From: Octopus sinensis
Lineage: Eukaryota
Length of the DNA stretch: 41,770 nt
Direction: 5' to 3'
Assembly: GCF_006345805.1 (NCBI RefSeq)
Contig: NW_021832631.1
Location: 1-41,770, forward strand
In this document: piece by piece, positions 11,707 to 24,449 of the stretch
Position numbering within the stretch: the first letter of the stretch is position 1
Layout of the letters: the number at the start of each line of letters is the position of its first letter
The notes under the pieces: generated by a model
Seen by the model: the letters and a program-made list of their open reading frames with translations, nothing else
Told to the model about the DNA's origin: nothing
Database searches by the model: none
Made by a program: the position numbers and the translations under genes

Positions 11707-11755
11707 GTGATGATGGTGATGATGATGATGATGATGATGTTATTATTGTCCTACT
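11310..11755. repeat. Compound (GTT)/(GCT)/(GAT) microsatellite
   Basis: Read directly from the sequence; explains the poly-V/L/M ORFs. Confidence 0.95.
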
Positions 11756-12106
11756 GAGATCAATGGAAGCTGTGATAAACATCTCCCCCGAACGTATTGC
11801 ATTCAATAACTGTGGATGTTTCGGAAAAATATCGATATTGATTGATAAAATAGATACATACACACCCACACAAACATACATACACACGCGCGTGCGCGCA
11901 TTAGATACATTATACGCATATATACAGACATGAACATATATAGTAACGTTGGAGCTGTCAAATGATGAATAACATGCATTCATTGAAGAAGGGATGAAGG
12001 GATTCAACAGTATTAGTAGAGTCAAATATATTATCTATCTTTCTATATATATACATATATATATATATAGATATATAATATATATATATATATATATCTA
12101 TCGCCT

Positions 12107-12148
<42 letters not shown>

Positions 12149-12189
12149 GTGTCTTTCTCTCTCTGTCTGTCTGTCTCTGTGTGTGTGTG

Positions 12190-12249
<60 letters not shown>

Positions 12250-12677
12250 ACTTGCAAGCCAAAATAATAATCGTGCAGGCATACCATTAAACGATAAATT
12301 AAAGACATATAATAAGTGCACAAACAAACGGGAAACAGACACAGAAGGTCACCAAATCTTCATCAGTGATCGGCCAGAGAATCAAACGCAATTTCGTGCC
12401 TTAACGATAATATTTAATCCCCCTCTGGTGGCTCCAAAACAATGGCGAGCCAAAAAAAAAAAAACGAAGGACCAGATATGACAGGAAATGAACAAACGGA
12501 CAAGAAGTAAACAACTATGCAATACAGAAAGTGAACATACAAATAGAGAATAAATGTAATTCAAGACGAGAAAATTAGTGAACAGACGAGTGACAAAGAC
12601 GAAAGCAGAGAGGGCGACATGTAGGCATACGAATGAACAGAAAATATATTATGTTGTAATCCAACATTGCAATATAT

Positions 12678-12835
12678 TATGTCATTGAGTTCAAATTCTG
12701 CAGAAGTCGCCTTTGCTTTTTATCGTTTCGGGGTCGATAAAATAAGTACAGCTGAGAACTGAGGTCCATTTAATCGACCTTCCCCAGTCCATAAAATTTC
12801 AGGCCTTGTACCTATAGTAGAAAAGATTATATTAT
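12678..12835 (+). mobile_element. 5'-truncated family-1 SINE
   Basis: Core gtttcggggtcgataaaataagtac and tail aaaatttcaggccttgtacctatagtagaaaagatt(att)n. Confidence 0.75.
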
Positions 12836-13343
12836 ATTATATTATATTATATTATATTATATTTTATTATATTATACTCACTGCTATATTCAGTGTTACA
12901 TTATATATTATAGACGAGCAAAACGCCTCCCTGTCCAACGGACGGTGCTGAGTTGTCAAATATTTAAACCAAATTTTCTCAAAACAACTTGTCCGACCGT
13001 CCCATAGGCCTCCCCTTTGAGAAACACTGATTTAGCCTAAATTTGAGACACCAGCAAAAGAAGAAATAAAGATACACTTTTTTTCTATTCCAAAGAAAAA
13101 CGATTTTATTCACACAAATATGCAACCGAAGAGTTTAAAGTGCCAGTAATGATAAGGCTATTGACTGGGAGAACGGCTTTATCGATCGCATTCTCACCTG
13201 GAATCGATTTTTGTAATTTTTTCAAGACTTATACATACCCGTCGGTATCTACATATCAAATTTGAGCGTAATCGGATGGAGGATGCCCGAGATCCAAGAA
13301 GACACACACACAGACAGTCAGAACGATTTTATATAATAGATTA

Positions 13344-13668
13344 TACGAGGTTTGATCAACAAGTATCCGGACTGTTGCCATAGTAACGAAGTTAAAGCAC
13401 GGAGCGTGTAGCTGCTTGGCACGGATTGACCTTGAACTCTGTTGTGCATGCACACTAAGTTTTAATGTTCTAGCTCACTTTCATTGTTTACAGCAGTACT
13501 TGGAAGGAAGGTGTGTAGTGTGTGATCGTCGCATTGACCATGGCAGAAAGCTGTCGTGGCGATACCTGCTCGGAGGCCTATGCAAAATTGCAGAAAGTGA
13601 ATGGAGAGGGGTGTATGAGCCGCACACAAGTGTACGAATGGTTCAGACATTTCTTAGATGACCTCATG
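13344..13668 (+). mobile_element. Mariner 5' remnant (TIR plus N-terminal HTH fragment)
   Basis: TA followed by a TIR-like tacgaggtttgatcaacaagtatccggact. Peptide CSEAYAKLQKVNGEGCMSRTQVYEWFRHF matches the mariner transposase N-terminal HTH pattern. Confidence 0.8.
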
Positions 13669-14591
13669 TCGTATGTAGGAAGTTTGCTGGAGGAAATTCA
13701 CTTGTATTTAATAAAACAGAAGATCTCTCCACAACACAAAAACACCCTTACAGACTAGTATACCCCTTCTGTATTTTATCGTCTGTAGGACAGTTGGTTC
13801 CAAACTTTCATTCCCTACGTCATTGTATCAAACGTCACGTGTTTTATTCCACTATCTATCCAGTCCGACATCTGGACACAATGGACACAGCCTCACGATG
13901 TCCACTGGATTAACAGACCAAAATGTGAAGATGTTGATAAGAAGATATTGTATCTAGATATCGAGTGGATAGATAGACACAGAGTGCATTATCAACCAAT
14001 GAAGAAACAAAAGAAACAATAAGATTATACATGTTGATTTTATGAGGTATTTCTGTTTATTTAGAAACCTATATTGAATAGGTCATATCATAGACGCTAA
14101 ACTATAAATTTCACAGGGTACAACCTTAAAGTTGACTCGGCTCCGCTATACGGATTTCTGTCTCGCTATTAACTAAAAATACAAAGTTTTCCTATTTTAA
14201 AAACCTCTGTAATTTTTTTCCTTCAATGTTTTTCTCCACAACCTTCATAGCAATGAGACAGGAAGATTATATTATTATAGCCGATTTTCAGATTTCTTAC
14301 TTCCTTTTAAAAAATAGATATTTTACGAATGAAAAAACTAGATCCCGTAAAGGCTAGTACCGCAGTTTGTGACCGTTGGGTTGAGGGTTTCTTTGTATGT
14401 TTTTACTCCTGTTCTTGACCACCAGACAGAAGATAGACTGTTTTTACTTCAAAATTTTCTAATTTTTATAAATTTTTACTAATATTTGATAAGATGGAAT
14501 ACATCGAAACCGGTAATTTAATATCTTTATTAAATTCCTCTTAAACTGAAATGTCTTAGACTAATCTGTGCTATTTCCACCACATCTTTTA

Positions 14592-14639
<48 letters not shown>

Positions 14640-15339
14640 GGTGAGAGAGAATGAGGGGGAGGTCACTATTTACTTCCTTCGATGTCTCTTCCTCTCCGGC
14701 TCTCTCAGCTACATCACATTTCCACACAAACACACACATACAGAAACATCATACACAAACACATACACCGTGGTTACTTTTTTACACTCGCAGGGAGAGA
14801 TAAAACCGCGATAATTGAATGGAAGTTGTGATGGTATCGGTGGAGGAGGAGATGGCGGCGACGGCATAGGAAGAGGAAGAAGAAGGAAAAAGAAGAAAGC
14901 TATTGATAGTGTGGATTCAATAAAAGAAAAAGGAAGGAAATATACGTATCTCTGTGTATGTGTGTGTGTGTGATCTACATATATGTTTGCGTGTGCAATT
15001 GTCTGTATGTGCATGTGTCTGTGTCTGTGTATGTCTATGTATGTGTGTGTTTATGTGTCTGTGTGCAAAAATATCCACAAGAGGTTGGCGATGTATTGAC
15101 GGAACGTTCCAGTATTCTGTGCAGACAAACCCATGTTAGTTTCTCTTGGATTCTTTTGATGCTTCTCGTCAGACGAGACTAAAATAATACACAGCTAATT
15201 CCAGTCGCAAAATCAATTTAGCGAACGCTGCCAGAATCGCCCAAGCTGGACAACGATAATACATGGTTGACGCAATTTGCCTCATTCTTTAAACGCATCG
15301 ACTCAGATATAAATGGTTCTATGGCACGAACAAATTCTC

Positions 15340-15789
15340 TTCCTTTCTCATTCTTCATCCTTTCTCTCTCTCTCTCTCACTCTTTCTCTCTTTCTCTCCC
15401 TCTCACTTGCTTATTTTTCTCCCTTCTTCTCTCTCTCTCTTACTTATTTTTCTCCCTTCTCTTTCTCTCTTTCTATCTCTCTGTTTACTTTTCTCTCATC
15501 CTCTCCTTCGTCCCTCTCACTTTCTGTCTCTTCTTTTTTCCTTCTCTTTTTCTATCTCCCTTACCCTCTCCCTTTCTCTCTTTTCCTTCTCTCTCTCTTC
15601 CTCTCTCTCTTTCTTTCTATCTATCTATCTGTTTTTCTCTCCCATTCCCTCTCTCTCTCCCTCCCTCCATATCTCTCTCTCTTTCTCTCTTTCCCTGTAT
15701 TATATATATATATACACATTGTATATGTATGATATATACATACATATATATGTATGTATATGTATATACATACATATACAGATGTATGT

Positions 15790-15835
<46 letters not shown>

Positions 15836-16258
15836 TGTATATATACATTATATGCATACATATATAATTTATATATATACATGCATGCATACATACATAC
15901 ATACATACATACATACATACATACATCTCAATTTAACCAGAACTACGTTTTCTTCTCTAACTTGCCACAGATATTTCCCCTTTCGACACAACAAATATTA
16001 TAGAGAAGACCACTTTAATAATAATTAAAAACATATTCTCGTGTTTGTATAAACTGGCGTGAACACGCTCATTATACGCAAGCATTGAAGGAATAAACAG
16101 ATAAATAAATAAATAAACAAATAAATAAATAAATAAATAAATAAAGACACACATATACTTACATCCATACATGTGTGAGCGCGTGTCTATGTGTGTGTGT
16201 GTGTGTGAATGTATGTCGGTAATATATGTATGTATGTATGTATATAAATATAACTAGT

Positions 16259-16302
<44 letters not shown>

Positions 16303-16552
16303 TACATACATACCTACGTACGTACATACATACATACATACATACATACATACATACACACACACATACATATACACATACATACATACATTCATACATA
16401 CATACATACATACATACACACACACATACATATACACATACATACATACATTCATACATACATACATACATACATATATACATGCATACATACATACATA
16501 CATACATACATACATACATACATACATACATACATACACATACATATACACA

Positions 16553-16586
<34 letters not shown>

Positions 16587-16604
16587 CATGCATACATACA
16601 TACA

Positions 16605-16638
<34 letters not shown>

Positions 16639-16808
16639 CATGCATACATACATACATACATACATACATACATACATACATACATACACATACATATACA
16701 CATACATACATACATTCATACATACATACATACATACATACATACATACATACATACATTCATACATACTTACATACACATACATATACACATACATACA
16801 TACATTCA

Positions 16809-16842
<34 letters not shown>

Positions 16843-17010
16843 CATGCATACATACATACATACATACATACATACATACATACATACATACATACGTACA
16901 TACGTACGTACGTACATAGTACGTACATGCGTGCGTACACACATACATACACACATGCACACTCACAAACACTCACATACGTATTCACACACACCTACAC
17001 ACACATATAT
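15340..17010. repeat. Extended CT-rich, (TA)n and (CATA)n microsatellite block
   Basis: Read directly; source of the HTYI/MYVC ORFs. A short unique spacer lies at about 15925-16185. Confidence 0.9.
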
Positions 17011-17384
17011 ATAGAAAAAGCCTGCAGCAATTTGCTCTACATGGTCGATACTTAAAACAATTCTCCATTTACAGTGAATTGTTCCAATCGACTATTCTAT
17101 AAATTGGACAGTTTTTCCTTTAGTTAAGATCAACAGAAGTGCAATATACTACCACTCGTACATACGCGTCTGTGTGTGTACATACATACATACATATACA
17201 TATACATACATACACACACACCACGTATATATATATTATTTTGTACATTACTTAATCATCGTTATGTTTTATTTTATATTTAATCTTTCTATAATATGTA
17301 ATTTTTCTAAATGGTATAATTTAATTTTTCATTATTGAATTGATAAAGGGGTTGTTTTTCTTATAAAATATCTATATTATATAT

Positions 17385-17446
<62 letters not shown>

Positions 17447-17544
17447 ACTTGTTACCAAATATGCTTGAAACATATTCGAACCCGTAAAGAAACCATTTAT
17501 TGTATTTTGTCATAGAGAAAATTTCTCGCTGAAATTTATACCTA

Positions 17545-17720
17545 GATAAATAAATAGGTATAAATACAGAAGTCAGATCGTAGTGACACCTAACCAGACA
17601 GTGGGCTGTATGCATTTCGGAGTGATTATCTCCTCTTCAGTCACAGAGACCAAAATGGAAGATACAAAGAACTGACACGAGAGACAGGTCCCTCTGACGC
17701 TATTCCCGTTACCGTTCAAT
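17545..17720 (-). mobile_element. Probable Penelope-like pLTR remnant with a hammerhead core
   Basis: Minus strand 17646-17606 reads CTGAAGA-GGAG-ATAATCA-CTCC-GAAA-TGCA-TA. Confidence 0.5.
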
Positions 17721-17731
17721 GATTGGTTACG

Positions 17732-17795
<64 letters not shown>

Positions 17796-17799
17796 TATA

Positions 17800-17830
<31 letters not shown>

Positions 17831-18240
17831 CTCTTTACTCTTACTCTTTTACTTGTTTCAGTCATTTGACTGCGGACATGCTGGAGCACCGCCTTCAGTC
17901 GAGCAATCGCCCCGGGACTTATTCTTTGTAAGCCCAGTACTTATTCTATCGGTCTCTTTTTGCCGAACCGCTAAGTGACGGGGACGTAAACACACCAGCA
18001 TCGGTTGTCAAGCAATGCTAGGGGGACAAACACAGACACACAAACATACACACACATACACACATAAATATATATATACATATATACGACAGGCTTCTTT
18101 CAGTTTCCGTCTACCAAATCCACTCACAAGGCATTGGTCGGCCCGGGGCTATAGCAGAAGACACTTGCCCAAGATGCCACGCAGTGGGACTGAACCCGGA
18201 ACCATGTGGTTAGTTAGCAAGCTACTTACCACACAGCCAC
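17831..18240 (-). mobile_element. Full-length young family-2 (CORE-like) SINE with internal microsatellite
   Basis: Nearly identical to 33218-33625. tRNA-like head, CORE-like block, internal (TA/TG)n and (aaagagta)-type tail. Confidence 0.9.
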
Positions 18241-18308
<68 letters not shown>

Positions 18309-18381
18309 TAGATAGATAGATAGATAGGAGATAGATAGATAGTAGATAGATAGTTAGATAGATAGATAGATAGATAGATAG

Positions 18382-18461
<80 letters not shown>

Positions 18462-18906
18462 CAGATAGATAGATAGATATTCTTCTGACAGCATGACAGC
18501 AGAATAGAACAGGAGCTGGTTAAAGAGTTTTTGTAACATCATGGCTTATTAATATTACACGTATTTCACAGGCGAATAGTGGTACGTTATGTAATAAACA
18601 TTATGTAAACTATAGTATAATAAGATTGAAACGCCAGATCTTCAGAGGAATAATATAATTTGTTTCAGCTTTGCTTAACAACACATTAATATCGCTGTTT
18701 GAAACGATCGTATGCTTGTATTAAAATTCTTTCAAATTTTAACATCTCTTCATTTTTAACAAAATTGTTGAGTTCTATGAGATAGCTTTCGATAAGTTCT
18801 CATAACACACCACATAGAAATAATATTTTCATATTCGCAAAACTTACACTATTTTGGAATCCTCCAAAGTAAAGGATGAAAAATTATTCAACCTTTTCAC
18901 ACACAC

Positions 18907-18964
<58 letters not shown>

Positions 18965-19155
18965 TGTGTGTGTGTGTGTGTGTATGTATATATATATATA
19001 CATAAGCATGTATGTTTGCATTCATGTATGCATGTATGTGTGTGTGTGCGTGTTAGATATATGTTTTTTGTATATATATCAACATATATATATGTACACG
19101 GTATACTACATACATGCATACATACATACATACATGTATATATAAAATATATATA

Positions 19156-19251
<96 letters not shown>

Positions 19252-19339
19252 TATTAGAGACAAAACCACTATTTTTGCAAAACAAACAAGGAAAGACTTA
19301 ATCAATACATAAAATTTTAATAAATAGTCAAAAAAACCG

Positions 19340-19382
19340 CCACTACAATTGTTTCTTGTCTTGATCGACAATCTTCAGGTGG
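19340..19382 (-). ncRNA. Minimal type I hammerhead ribozyme motif (mirror copy)
   Basis: Reverse complement of 19424-19466 in the left arm of the palindrome. Confidence 0.7.
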
Positions 19383-19423
19383 ACTAAGTCAGTTTCATAA
19401 TTTGAAACTGACTTATTGGAAGT

Positions 19424-19466
19424 CCACCTGAAGATTGTCGATCAAGACAAGAAACAATTGTAGTGG
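19424..19466 (+). ncRNA. Minimal type I hammerhead ribozyme motif
   Basis: CCAC-CTGAAGA-TTGTC-gatcaa-GACAA-GAAA-CAATTG-TA-GTGG: intact catalytic core, 4-bp stem I, 5-bp stem II, palindromic stem III (ACAATTGT). Predicted cleavage after GUA at 19462. Confidence 0.7.
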
Positions 19467-19661
19467 CGGGTTTGGTGACTATTTATTAAAATTTTATGTA
19501 TTGATTAAGTCTTTCCTTGTTTGTTTTTGCAAAATAGTGGTTTTGTCTCTAATAATATTTTATAATATTTTACTATAAATTGGATTTAATCCTAAATCTG
19601 ATTTTTTCCCTGTAAATTTGGATTTATTCCCTAAATATTTTATTATTATATATATATTATC

Positions 19662-19692
<31 letters not shown>

Positions 19693-19700
19693 AATATAGA

Positions 19701-19737
<37 letters not shown>

Positions 19738-19904
19738 ATGTATATATATATATATTATATCTTCGCTGTGGTTTGGCAGATCCGTTTAACTCACGCTTTC
19801 ATCAAACACATCGCAAGCCTGTAAAACGTTTTAGAGTTGTGCCAGCTCAGCTATAGTCGGATCCTTTAAAACTAGCAAATACAATAAACGAATATTGGAA
19901 TGTG

Positions 19905-19929
19905 TATGTGTGTATATAAACATACATAC

Positions 19930-19982
<53 letters not shown>

Positions 19983-20138
19983 CATACATACATAAATATA
20001 CATACATACATACATATATACATTACATACATACATACATACATGCATGCATACATACATAAACATACATACATGCATACATACATACACACACACACAT
20101 ACATACATGCATACATACATACATACATACATACACAT

Positions 20139-20173
<35 letters not shown>

Positions 20174-20292
20174 TACATACATGCATACATACATACATAC
20201 ATACACACACACATACATACATACATACACATACATACATACATACATACATACATACACACACACATACATACATGCATACATACATACAT

Positions 20293-20323
<31 letters not shown>

Positions 20324-20344
20324 TACATACATGCATACATACAT

Positions 20345-20375
<31 letters not shown>

Positions 20376-20865
20376 TACATACATACATACATACATACAT
20401 ACATACATACATACATACACACACACATACATGCATACATACATACATACATACATGCATGCATACATGCATACATACATACATACTTACATACATACAC
20501 ACACACATACATGCATACATACATACATACATACATACATGCATGCATACATGCATACATACATACATACATACATACATACATACATACATACATACAT
20601 ACATACATACATACATACATACATACAGAGTAATACATCCTCACTGAGTGTAGGTCATAAACAGGAGAGAAAGAAATGGATTAACGAATGTAAATAGATT
20701 TGTGTAGCAAACAAACATTCTGTTGACAGTCTAAATTTAGAGGGAGGCTGCTTCAGGAAGGAGAAAAACTAATAATAATAATAATAATATAGCATATAAT
20801 AATATAGCATTATAGCATATTGACATTGTTGATATGACGCCATTGGCACATAATATATATATATG

Positions 20866-20906
<41 letters not shown>

Positions 20907-20907
20907 A

Positions 20908-20942
<35 letters not shown>

Positions 20943-21420
20943 GATAGATAGATAGATATATGTGTATATGTGTGTGTATGTGTGTGTTTATCGATACATA
21001 TGCATATATATGTGTGTTTGTGTATGCATGCATGCATATACCATATGCAAGCGCGCACACATATATAAATACACACACACACACACACACACACCACACG
21101 CATGCACACATATATATGTACATGTATATAAATGCATATTCATATACACAGACTTGCATGTATATTCATGTATGTACTTGGTCGTATGTATATATGCATA
21201 TATATTATATATAATATATATTATATACATATATATACATATATATATATATAGATATATATATAGACATATATATATGCATATATATATGTATATCTAT
21301 ATATATATATACATATATATATGTGTATATGTATATGTATATATATGTATATATATATATGTATATAATATATATATATATATTATATATATTATGTATG
21401 TATTATATGTGTGTGTGTGG
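19905..21420. repeat. (TA)n/(CATA)n/(CA)n microsatellite blocks
   Basis: Read directly; a short unique spacer lies at about 20630-20830. Confidence 0.9.
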
Positions 21421-21959
21421 TACGAACGTATACGCGTATTTAATCAGCATTTCGAATATAAACCGTGCTTAAATGCAGAATTGCGAATAGCGCACTGTGT
21501 ATACATGTATAAAATTGTTTTGTTTTGTTTTTTTCTGTTATTTTATTGTTACGAATCACAAGCGTTTGGTGTTTAGCAAACACCACAACCCTTTACTGGA
21601 ATATTTGACAACAAACAACAACATTCGTTGAGAGTTACATTGTGTAATTTTAGAAAAGTGTTGCATATTTTTACTTTTCCGCTGATAGATTTTAATTTGT
21701 GTGGTGCGTCTTTGCTGATCCCTTTCGTTGCCTGAAAAACCCAGATTTTCGAGACCACTACAGAAATATTTAAGACCATAAGCATGTGCACCAATGGCTA
21801 TTGGTACAATTGTTAATATGCTTGCAACAACATACAAGTAGTACTCAACTAGAGCTCTCATAGCCGTTTCAAACGCCGGGACTTACTATTACCGAGGGTC
21901 TTTACACGTCTAAGAGTCCTTTACACATCTAAGAGTCCTTTACTCATCCTAAGAGTCCT

Positions 21960-22720
21960 TTACACATCTAAGACCGCAACACAAAGATTAGTCCATCTCT
22001 ATATGGCCAGAAGATATTCTAACTACTAACAGATGCTGACACTTGACACAGCTCAAGTAAGGTCCACAATATACTATTGCTCCAATTTTTGGAACGGTTG
22101 TGTTGCTACGTGCCTTGACATCCTGGACCTCATCCAGAGAAGGGAACCCATTCGACTAACTGTGATTCAATCTGTAACGAGCATATACCTATTTCTTTAC
22201 TACCCACAAGGGGCTAAACACAGAAAAGCCAAACAAGTACAGACAAACGGATTAAGTTGATTACATCGACCCCAGTGCATAACTGGTACTTAATTTATCG
22301 ACCCCGAAAGGATGAAAGGCAAAGTCGACCTCGACGGAATTTGAACTCAGAACGTAACGGCAGACGAAATATGGCTACGCATTTCGCCCGGCGTGCTAAC
22401 GTTTCTGCCAGTTCGCCGCCTTTAACGTAACGAGCATATACCGTAACGAGCATATACCGTAACGAGCATGTAACGAGCATATACCGCTTCATGACCCGTA
22501 GGTATGCTGTCTCTTCTCTATCTTTTATATCACTAATATGATGATCTCTGTCCTCAGAGCTGACAGCTCTGTGTCTCCAACAATCAGGCACACCCGCCCT
22601 AGCTGACTTTACACCTCTCGCCACATTCTGTGCGCCCACCCCACTCATTGCCGCACTAACCATTATGTCCAGTTCTTTGTTGGGCCATGTCAATGACTTG
22701 TATAAAGCTGAAATGAATCT
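21960..22720 (+). pseudogene. Decayed non-LTR retrotransposon ORF2 C-terminus (Jockey/CR1/I-like), interrupted by a SINE
   Basis: Peptide pieces TATQRLVHLYMARRY, AQVRSTIYYCSNFWNGCVATCLDILDLIQRR and, after the SINE, AVSSL...PTIRHTRPS...HCRTNHYVQFF fit the post-RT region of these LINEs. Confidence 0.7.
22190..22423 (-). mobile_element. Full-length family-1 SINE with a 16-bp TSD
   Basis: TSD gtaacgagcatatacc at 22174-22189 and 22427-22442, then reiterated to 22485. Confidence 0.9.
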
Positions 22721-23054
22721 CACGTTCTCAGGTGGGACGAATCTTCGCCTCCCGCGATATATATTGTGTTTTTATAAACTGCACGTCCATTAGAGACTTT
22801 ACTTCTACCGTACCTGTGATACATAAGTATGAAGGTGAGGAACTCTCAAGAGAGCTGAGCAACAGGCAGTCTTCAGAGAAGAACCTCTCTTAGGCAAGTA
22901 TTTCGGCCCTTAACTTCTAGAGAGTTAGATAAATGACAATATTAAAATGGCGTACACTGGATATGTGTGTGTGTGTGAATGTATTTGTATATAAGTGTGT
23001 GAGTCAATATATATAATTATGTATATGCATATATGTATGTAAATATTAACATAC

Positions 23055-23115
<61 letters not shown>

Positions 23116-23159
23116 GTAAGTATATATAAATATAAATATAAATATATATATGTGTGTGT

Positions 23160-23203
<44 letters not shown>

Positions 23204-23470
23204 ATGCGTGTGTGTGTGTGAGCTTTCTACTTTTTCATTTGATTAATTCTGTATTTTTTCAGTCTTCTTGTTTAAGTAGAATGAATTATGGCGTCTGTAA
23301 ATGATGGGCCAACTTCTGTAAGCCACTTGGGGAGAAGTCGTGTTACGGATGTGTGCGTGTGTGTCTATGTGTCTGAACTTGACTGTGAGTGTGTCTATGT
23401 CTATATTAATCCACCCTCACACATACCCATACGCACATATAGACAGAGATAGAGAGAGAGAGAGAGAGAG

Positions 23471-23506
<36 letters not shown>

Positions 23507-23553
23507 TCATAGATAGATAGATAGATAGATGATAGATAAAAGATTAGATAGAT

Positions 23554-23606
<53 letters not shown>

Positions 23607-23763
23607 ACAATTGTGTAGAAGAGAAGCAATTAGCTAGATTGCAATAAAATATATGGCCATATGTTTGTCTTGGTTGATTTATTACATTCCACGTGTAGAC
23701 TTATCTCTCTGTGTGTATATATATATATGTAAGTGTGTGTGTGTGTCTGTGCGTGTGTGTCTG

Positions 23764-23814
<51 letters not shown>

Positions 23815-24304
23815 TGTGTGCATGTGTGTGTATGTATATATATATATATAATATATATATACGTATATGATGGCGGCTAACTCGTTCGTGATAGCTGTCT
23901 CACACCCAGCTGGAATGTTCTGATTTACTTTATTTTCATCCCTACACATTTGCGGGAGTGCCTCGCATCCGTTCATCCGTCGCCATAAGATTTTTAATAA
24001 AATACGAAACGGACCTGGAAGTGGAATGAATAGTGAGGCATCTGTACGTCATTGGATTTAAGTGGCAAAAAAGCTTGTACAACACTTTCACCAGTCTCTC
24101 TGTCGCCATTTTGTAGTTACTAGTGACAAACATTGCAACATGGATTGTGTTATTTTGACAGCAAGCTTTATGGCAGAGTATCTTTTTTCCTAGAAGAGCT
24201 GCCATATCCTCATGACTTTGTCAGAAATAACGAGAACCTCGTCTACTCCCGAGAAATCTGTTTAAACCATAGATAGGACCCTGATATGCGGGTCCTATCT
24301 ATGC

Positions 24305-24385
24305 ATTGACTGCGGCCATGCTGGGGTACCGCCTTGAAAAATTTGTTTTAGTTGAATGAATCGACTCCATTACTTACTTTTTTGT
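24305..24385 (-). mobile_element. Family-2 SINE 3' fragment
   Basis: gactgcggccatgctggggtaccgccttgaaaaa matches the family-2 tail. Confidence 0.65.
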
Positions 24386-24449
24386 CAAGGGTCGTTCTTC
24401 GTCAATCGGTCCCAGGGAGTTTAAAATAGCAGTATCCTCTAGCAGTATC

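Larger units (their letters stand above)
19242..19564. repeat. ~320-bp near-perfect palindrome
   Basis: Arms 19242-19397 and 19403-19564 are reverse complements apart from a 6-nt indel (attgga) and small differences near 19330/19472. Loop taatt. Confidence 0.95.

Noticed and set aside
15073-15133. Possible small exon (GWRCIDGTFQYSVQTNP) with a gttagt donor
   Set aside because: Acceptor is a weak aag with no pyrimidine tract, and I recognise no homology.
15267-17055. Long ORFs of up to 253 aa (HTYI, MYVC, SLSL repeats)
   Set aside because: Translations of (CATA)n, (TA)n and (CT)n tracts, open in several frames on both strands.
19847-20697. ORFs of 196-265 aa
   Set aside because: Pure (CATA/CA)n microsatellite translation.
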